Shown: positions 58,812 through 64,000 of the stretch, piece by piece
Position numbering within the stretch: position 1 is the stretch's first letter
Layout: every line of letters starts with the position of its first letter
Virus record (IMG/VR): IMGVR_UViG_3300023179_000009
Span: 186,001-250,000 of that record
Strand: one strand, 5' to 3'
Length of the DNA stretch: 64,000 nt
Notes under the pieces: model-generated
The model's database searches: none
Seen by the model: the letters and a program-made list of their open reading frames with translations, nothing else
Told to the model about the DNA's origin: nothing
Program-made: the position numbers and the translations under genes

Positions 58812-58848
58812 AACGGCTCCGATGAAAACATCGGAGCCGTTTTTTTTT
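58812..58848 (+). terminator. Rho-independent terminator
   Basis: AACGGCTCCGATG/CATCGGAGCCGTT + T run. Confidence 0.9.
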
Positions 58849-58865
58849 AAATTTTAATATATATT

Positions 58866-59153
58866 ATGATGCTAATTATGTGTCCTTATTGCGGCTATCA
58901 CTTATCTAAACCATTAACAAATGGAATATGTTCTTGTGTCAATTGTAAAAGAGTGTTTGATAGTTCCAGACTCAACTCCCTCCTCTCTGCTAGTTGGGTT
59001 GTGAAAAGAAAAAATATCACCAACCCAATAGATCTTGCAAATCGATGCAAAATTTCAGAGGATGATGCCAATCTTGTGATCGATTTAGTAAATGATCAAT
59101 GTTACGACTTTCAAGAATTTTTAAAAATTCTTGAAAACATGGTTGAGCAATAA
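58866..59153 (+). CDS. zinc-ribbon hypothetical protein
   Basis: CPYC...CVNC. Confidence 0.65.
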   Translation: MMLIMCPYCGYHLSKPLTNGICSCVNCKRVFDSSRLNSLLSASWVVKRKNITNPIDLANRCKISEDDANLVIDLVNDQCYDFQEFLKILENMVEQ

Positions 59154-59198
59154 TTATTTTTGTGTTATGATTTTGTCTCTTTATTTTCGTTAGATAAA

Positions 59199-60263
59199 AT
59201 GACCGAGCAACAAGAAAATTCTCCAAGATATGTTCGACCAATAAAAATATTTGGTTTAAATGCAACAAAGAATTATGCAAAAAAAGTTGCAAATCATTTG
59301 CACCTAGATCTGACCCCCATCACAGAAAAATATTATGATGACGGTGAGCCTTACGTAAAAAGTGGAATTGAATATAGCGACAGTCCGGTGGGGAATGTTC
59401 GTGGACACGATGTTTTTGTTATTCAATCTCTTTATAGCGACAACTCTGAATCGATTAGCGACAAGATGATGAAATTGTGTATATTTTGCGGAAGTTTAAA
59501 AGATGCTTCTTCCCATGAAGTTATTCCAATAATTCCTCATCTTGGTTGGGCAAGACAAGATAGAAAAACAGAGAGCAGAGCGCCAATTGCCACAAAATAC
59601 ATTGCTAGAATTTTGGAATCAGTTGGCATAAGTCGAGTTTTACTCTTTGAGTGCCACAATATAGCAGCCGAGCAAAATGCGTTTAATGTTCCAATAGATA
59701 ATCTAGAAGCAAAAAATTTAATTGCCGATTGGTGTGCCTCAGAATTAATAAAAGAAAATAAAACAAAAAATATCAAAGTCCTCAGTCCCGACAGCGGGGC
59801 TTTAGGCAGATGTGAACGATTTAGAAATTCGCTTCTCAAAAAATTACGTGATAGAAATGTTATGTTGGATGATATTGAAATTGTTATTTTTGATAAATTG
59901 AGAATAAAGGGCCAAGTTAAAGGTGGAAGAATAGTTGGAGATGTTAAGGGAGCAGATGTTATAGCCTTTGATGACATGATATCTACTGGATCAACTATGG
60001 GCAAAGCCTCAAAAGCAGTTCAAGAGAATGGTGGTAAAATTTGGTCTATTTGTGCTACACATGGATTATTTTGCGGCAAAGCTAATGATGTATTGAGAGA
60101 AATAGATGCAAAAGTAGTTGTTACCGATACTGTTGAGCCTTTTAGGCTGACAGATGAGAATAAAAGCAAACTTTATATTGTAGATACTTCAAAAATGGTA
60201 GCCGATGCCGTCAAAAGAATTCATAACGGCACCGGCTCCATAAGCGAACTTCTTCGCACTTAA
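59199..60263 (+). CDS. prs: ribose-phosphate pyrophosphokinase family protein
   Basis: DGE, VRGHDVFVIQS, ARQDRK, SPDSG, DDMISTGST, ATHGLF, VTDT. Confidence 0.92.
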   Translation: MTEQQENSPRYVRPIKIFGLNATKNYAKKVANHLHLDLTPITEKYYDDGEPYVKSGIEYSDSPVGNVRGHDVFVIQSLYSDNSESISDKMMKLCIFCGSLKDASSHEVIPIIPHLGWARQDRKTESRAPIATKYIARILESVGISRVLLFECHNIAAEQNAFNVPIDNLEAKNLIADWCASELIKENKTKNIKVLSPDSGALGRCERFRNSLLKKLRDRNVMLDDIEIVIFDKLRIKGQVKGGRIVGDVKGADVIAFDDMISTGSTMGKASKAVQENGGKIWSICATHGLFCGKANDVLREIDAKVVVTDTVEPFRLTDENKSKLYIVDTSKMVADAVKRIHNGTGSISELLRT

Positions 60264-60466
60264 TTCGTTGTCAAATCACTCAGAGTGTTAAGATTTGAAG
60301 TGTTTTTGTCAACTAATTCACTTCTTAGAATGGTAACAGAGTCTGAGGCTTGAATGCCTAACCTGACTTTGTTTGAATCAATTCTAACCACGGTCAGTTC
60401 GACTTGTTCTTTTTCGTTCAATTTCAAAAGGATTTTTTCATCCCTCTTTCTGGATAGGACTAGCAA
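60260..60466 (-). CDS. csrA: carbon storage regulator CsrA/RsmA
   Basis: MLVLSRK..EKI...VVRI..NKVRLGIQA...ILRSEL; GGGAGG SD, TTG start. Confidence 0.92.
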   Translation of the reverse strand: MLVLSRKRDEKILLKLNEKEQVELTVVRIDSNKVRLGIQASDSVTILRSELVDKNTSNLNTLSDLTTN

Positions 60467-60541
60467 TTTGGGCCTCCCTTCTCTAGTGTCCTAATAATAG
60501 AGTAGTTATCCAATAAAATTTAATTTTTTTTTGCAAAGGTC

Positions 60542-60569
60542 TTGTCGTTGTGTTTTTCAAACGTATACT
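60542..60569 (+). promoter_or_regulatory. sigma70-like promoter
   Basis: TTGTCG-16-TATACT upstream of a hairpin leader. Confidence 0.5.
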
Positions 60570-60656
60570 GTTAGTGTGATGCCGGAAAAAACAAATGTGG
60601 CCAGTTTTTTCAGGCATTTAAAAAAAAATTTGGCTACTTTGTTTAAGGGTTGATCA

Positions 60657-61253
60657 ATGAAGACGATGACTAAGGGTGGTTTTGGTGTTCGGTTTCAGCA
60701 AATTGAGCAGATTCAGCAAGAGGCTCGTGAAAAGTTTCAAGAGTATCAGCGTTCTCTCAAGGAAGCCCAGGTTGCCTTGAGGAAGTTGGCCGAGGTTGCA
60801 TCGGAAACTTGCGACAATGTTGGAGAAGGTGTTGATTTTGCCACCATGGCTCCTGCAAAGCGGCGAAAAGGTCGCCCTGCAAAGGCCAAGGCTACTGTGG
60901 TCAAGAATGGTCGCAGAAAGTCTCGCAAGATTGGTGCCAAGACCAAAACCCGTGTGCGTGCTGCTTCCAACGGCGAAAGCAAGATTGGCTTGAAACGGTA
61001 TACTTTTGAATTGCTTGGCCGTCCCGCTGCCAGCATCAAGAAGGTGATTTCGGGCTATCCCGAGAACGGCAAGGGTCTAAAGGTTAGCGAGATCAAGGAG
61101 ATCATCGAGAACGAAGGCAAGTGGAGTACTGAGAGTGAAATCGGGCCTCAAATCCATAACGCTCTGTTCGCCTTGCGCAACGCCAAGAAGGTTGAGCGTA
61201 ACGAAGAAGATCGTCGCTATCACCTTGTTGAAGGTGCCGAATACGACGCTTGA
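60657..61253 (+). CDS. putative nucleoid-associated/histone-like DNA-binding protein
   Basis: N-terminal coiled coil, K/R/A-rich linker with AT-hook-like RRKGRPAK, C-terminal winged-helix-like region. Confidence 0.6.
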   Translation: MKTMTKGGFGVRFQQIEQIQQEAREKFQEYQRSLKEAQVALRKLAEVASETCDNVGEGVDFATMAPAKRRKGRPAKAKATVVKNGRRKSRKIGAKTKTRVRAASNGESKIGLKRYTFELLGRPAASIKKVISGYPENGKGLKVSEIKEIIENEGKWSTESEIGPQIHNALFALRNAKKVERNEEDRRYHLVEGAEYDA

Positions 61254-61283
61254 TAATTGTTTAAAAACACAATTATTTAAGGG

Positions 61284-61312
61284 AAAAGCCCAACCTTGTG
61301 TTGGGCTTTTTT
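61284..61312 (+). terminator. Rho-independent terminator
   Basis: AAAAGCCCAAC/GTTGGGCTTTT + T run. Confidence 0.85.
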
Positions 61313-61342
61313 CTTTTTGTACCTTAGTTACTAAGATAGTTT

Positions 61343-62167
61343 ATGATTAATGCTCAAGAATCACTTCCAAAAATTAGTTGCTTGATGGTCACAGCCAATA
61401 ATCGTTTTGATTATTTTAAAAAAAGTGTGCAATGTTATGTTGATCAAACTTACCCAAACCGTGAATTAGTTATAGTAACCGAAGCACCAAGAGATTATCA
61501 AAAAAAAATTAAAGATTATCTCTCAGGGAGGGATGATGTTCATTTTGTTTTTTTAAATGGATGGTATTCCTTGGGTGCCTTAAGAAACATTTCTATGTCT
61601 CTTTGTTATGGAGATGTTTTTGTTCAATGGGACGATGATGATTTTAATGCCCCAGAAAGATTAGCCGTTCAATATAGTTACTTGTCTAGACATCCAAAGG
61701 CACGTGTGTGTTTCCTGTCGGATCAACTTCATTATTACTTCAATTCCGGTTATTTATTTTGGGAAGATTGGGCACAATATTGTTCTAATGGTATTAAAAA
61801 ATGCAGTTTGATACCAGGAACTATTATGGCTTATAGGAGACATTTTCATAATAAATATCCATCTGCCGGGAGTTACTGCTCCGCTGGCGAAGATTCTGTT
61901 TTAACTACAACTCTTTGCGAGAATGATATTGATAATGATCAAGTTGTTTTAATGTCCAACTATGGATATATGCAAATGTACACATTTCATGGGAATAATG
62001 TTTGGGATGAAGAACACCATTTAAAAATATCAAAAAACAGATCGTTGCCTGTGAGTTATATCAATAGAAACAGACAAAGAATCTGCGATACAATAAATTA
62101 TTTGGAACTTGAAGGAACAATAAAAGTTATGGGCCGAGAGGGCTTGGCATTCACTCATGAGGTTTAA
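61343..62167 (+). CDS. GT2 glycosyltransferase
   Basis: ISCLMVT, QTYPN.EL, LGALRN, QWDDDD, GED. Confidence 0.88.
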   Translation: MINAQESLPKISCLMVTANNRFDYFKKSVQCYVDQTYPNRELVIVTEAPRDYQKKIKDYLSGRDDVHFVFLNGWYSLGALRNISMSLCYGDVFVQWDDDDFNAPERLAVQYSYLSRHPKARVCFLSDQLHYYFNSGYLFWEDWAQYCSNGIKKCSLIPGTIMAYRRHFHNKYPSAGSYCSAGEDSVLTTTLCENDIDNDQVVLMSNYGYMQMYTFHGNNVWDEEHHLKISKNRSLPVSYINRNRQRICDTINYLELEGTIKVMGREGLAFTHEV

Positions 62168-62169
62168 AA

Positions 62170-62988
62170 ATGATTTCAGGAAAACTGCCATTAATTTCTT
62201 GTGTTTGTGTTACCAAAGATCGTTTTGAATTATTAAAAAAATCAATTTTTTGTTATTTAAATCAAAATTACCAAAATAAAAATTTAATCATATTGAGTCA
62301 AAGCAATGATGACACTAATAAAAAAATAGAAAAATACATAAAAGATTTATCAAGAGAAGATATTCTTTTTCTTGCTGCTCCAACTATGTTGACGTTAGGG
62401 GCCATGAGAAACACATCTATTGAATTGGCCACCGGCGAAATAATTTGTCAATGGGACGATGACGATTTGTATCACCCCAACAGACTGACTAATCAATATA
62501 AGTGTTTAAAAAGCGATAATAGAAATGTTGCTTCTTTGTATTCAAATTTTTTAAAGTATTTTGCCAATTCAAAAGAAGTATATTGGTGTGATTGGTTAAA
62601 CGAATCAGAGTACTCCCACAGATTTTTGTGTGGTTCGGTGATGTTTTACAAATCTCTTTTTCATATGTGGGAAAATTTTTATCCTGAGCGTGGTGCTCAG
62701 AGTTGTTGTGAGGAAGATTTAAATGTTCTTGAGAAGTTGATGTTAAAAGGGTCCATAGCCCCAGTCTTGGATGGCAATGAATATGTTTATGTTTATCACG
62801 GCGTTAACACCTATGATTTAGATCACCACAAATTAACCTTGGACATTAGATGGGGTAAAAAAGTTTATACAAAAGAAGATTTATTAAAAAAGCAAGATTT
62901 GATTGAGGAAACTTTTGATTTGATACAAATGGACGATATTGTTAAAATTAAGAGTTTAGGAGAAGTTGCTTTTACTTACACAATATGA
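62170..62988 (+). CDS. GT2 glycosyltransferase (tandem paralog)
   Basis: ISCVCVT, LGAMRN, QWDDDD, EED, YHG.NT. Confidence 0.88.
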   Translation: MISGKLPLISCVCVTKDRFELLKKSIFCYLNQNYQNKNLIILSQSNDDTNKKIEKYIKDLSREDILFLAAPTMLTLGAMRNTSIELATGEIICQWDDDDLYHPNRLTNQYKCLKSDNRNVASLYSNFLKYFANSKEVYWCDWLNESEYSHRFLCGSVMFYKSLFHMWENFYPERGAQSCCEEDLNVLEKLMLKGSIAPVLDGNEYVYVYHGVNTYDLDHHKLTLDIRWGKKVYTKEDLLKKQDLIEETFDLIQMDDIVKIKSLGEVAFTYTI

Positions 62989-64000
62989 AATTCGAACAAA
63001 AGTACCCCACGGCTTTATCAAACGAGAGATTTGAATTTGAATACTCTTATGTGACCAAAAGCCCAAAACTAGGACAGTGTCGTTGGTGTTCTTCTTTTAC
63101 CAAATGGATAGATGTTCTTTTTCAAGTTAACGTTTGTAGCGAAGAGTGCAACGCTGAGATGTGGCACCGCTATAGGAATGATCAAAAATTAAATGGTACT
63201 TATAAAAATTTTGAGGATCATTTTGAACAAGTAAAAAAAGAATTAAAATTGGGAGAAAAGGCCACGGATGATTGGAAAGACATATTAATTGTTGTTCATG
63301 ATCAACTTGACTATATCAAAGATTGCGTTGATTCGGTACAAAAATATACAAAAAATTACCATTTGTTTATTTGGGACAATGCATCCGGCAAAGAGACTCA
63401 AGAATATATACAAAATTTATTGTTAAAATATGATCCAAACAAAGATAAGCATTATAAATTAACAACTATAAGAAGAGAGAAAAATGTTGGATTTGTGGTT
63501 CCAAATAATGAAATGATTGCTCTCGGGGAAAGTCCCTATATCATCCTACTAAATTCTGATACCAAAGTTTTTGAAAATTGGGACAATACCATGATAGCAT
63601 TTTTAAAAAACAACCCGGAATATGCCCAGGTTGGCTATTGGGGAGGACACCTTAATGCTGATGGGCGTGGATTTGGCGGGGCGAATGGAGAACGTGTTGA
63701 CTATATCCCAGGTTGGTGCTTTTGCATACCACGTGAGACCTACGATCAATTTGGTTTGTTCGATGAACATCTCAAATTCGCTTATTGCGAAGACTCTGAT
63801 TTTTCTTTGAGACTGAAAGAAGGTGGAAAAAAGATTTATTCACTTTACGCTCCACTTGTTCACCACTATCAAAACAAAACTGTAAAACAAGTCGAAAAAG
63901 AAGGTGAATTGGATCTTCAAGCAACTTTTGATCACAATCATTCCTACTTTAAAAATCGTTGGAAAGAATATTTGTCTAAAAATCGAGTTCTTTTGGATCA
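62985..64000 (+). CDS. GT2 glycosyltransferase with N-terminal Cys4 domain (runs off right edge; not in ORF track)
   Basis: Hand translation: CRWC...CSEEC, DILIVVHDQL, IWDNAS, NVGF..PNN, LLNSD, YCEDSDFSLR. Confidence 0.85.
   Translation, partial: MKFEQKYPTALSNERFEFEYSYVTKSPKLGQCRWCSSFTKWIDVLFQVNVCSEECNAEMWHRYRNDQKLNGTYKNFEDHFEQVKKELKLGEKATDDWKDILIVVHDQLDYIKDCVDSVQKYTKNYHLFIWDNASGKETQEYIQNLLLKYDPNKDKHYKLTTIRREKNVGFVVPNNEMIALGESPYIILLNSDTKVFENWDNTMIAFLKNNPEYAQVGYWGGHLNADGRGFGGANGERVDYIPGWCFCIPRETYDQFGLFDEHLKFAYCEDSDFSLRLKEGGKKIYSLYAPLVHHYQNKTVKQVEKEGELDLQATFDHNHSYFKNRWKEYLSKNRVLLD

Noticed and set aside
46640-60466. csrA-associated nuclease-dead TnpB (TldR) system
   Set aside because: Both TnpBs keep the D-E-D residues and IS ends, and csrA is more than 12 kb from the nearest one.
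351-63810. Many short antisense or overlapping ORFs in the track (e.g. 351-575, 3803-4093, 24632-25012, 27151-27522, 47028-47372, 59537-60004, 63622-63810)
   Set aside because: They are shadows of longer genes with recognisable motifs, and have no SD or domain signal.
1-64000. CRISPR array, tRNA or rRNA genes
   Set aside because: No regularly spaced direct repeats, cloverleaf with T-loop consensus, or rRNA-like tract found by eye; intergenic space is small.
1-64000. Alternative genetic code (stop-codon recoding)
   Set aside because: Recognisable genes are full length in code 11, and TAA, TAG and TGA all end genes.
29086-64000. Bacterial O-antigen/capsule locus
   Set aside because: No wzx/wzy/wzz, ABC exporter or initiating transferase; mixed strands; interleaved with phage-type genes.

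Overview
AT-rich, densely coding 64 kb fragment that reads as a large (jumbo-type) dsDNA bacteriophage genome in the standard genetic code. This is inferred from gene content and organisation; there are no capsid, terminase or polymerase genes in the window. 1-22 kb: mostly short, co-oriented + strand hypothetical genes, with nucleotide-sugar genes at the left edge, an IS605-group tnpB element, several phosphoesterases/HD proteins, an RlaP-like nucleotidyltransferase and two candidate structured small RNAs. 22-29 kb: genes whose products start with a T4 capsid-targeting-like peptide, including an HD + CCA-adding enzyme fusion, plus an HNH nuclease. 29-64 kb: a very large glycan synthesis/tailoring region (about 15 glycosyltransferase-like genes plus sulfo-, methyl-, acetyl-, carbamoyl- and aminotransferases and two 2OG-Fe dioxygenases). 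It is interrupted by a second tnpB element and a block encoding ParB, Prs, CsrA and a histone-like protein. The best novel-system candidates are a short hydrophobic C-terminal tag shared by unrelated glycan-tailoring enzymes, a possibly virion-packaged and protease-processed tRNA-repair polyprotein, and phage CsrA plus structured RNAs. All family assignments are from motif recognition by eye; no database searches were run.
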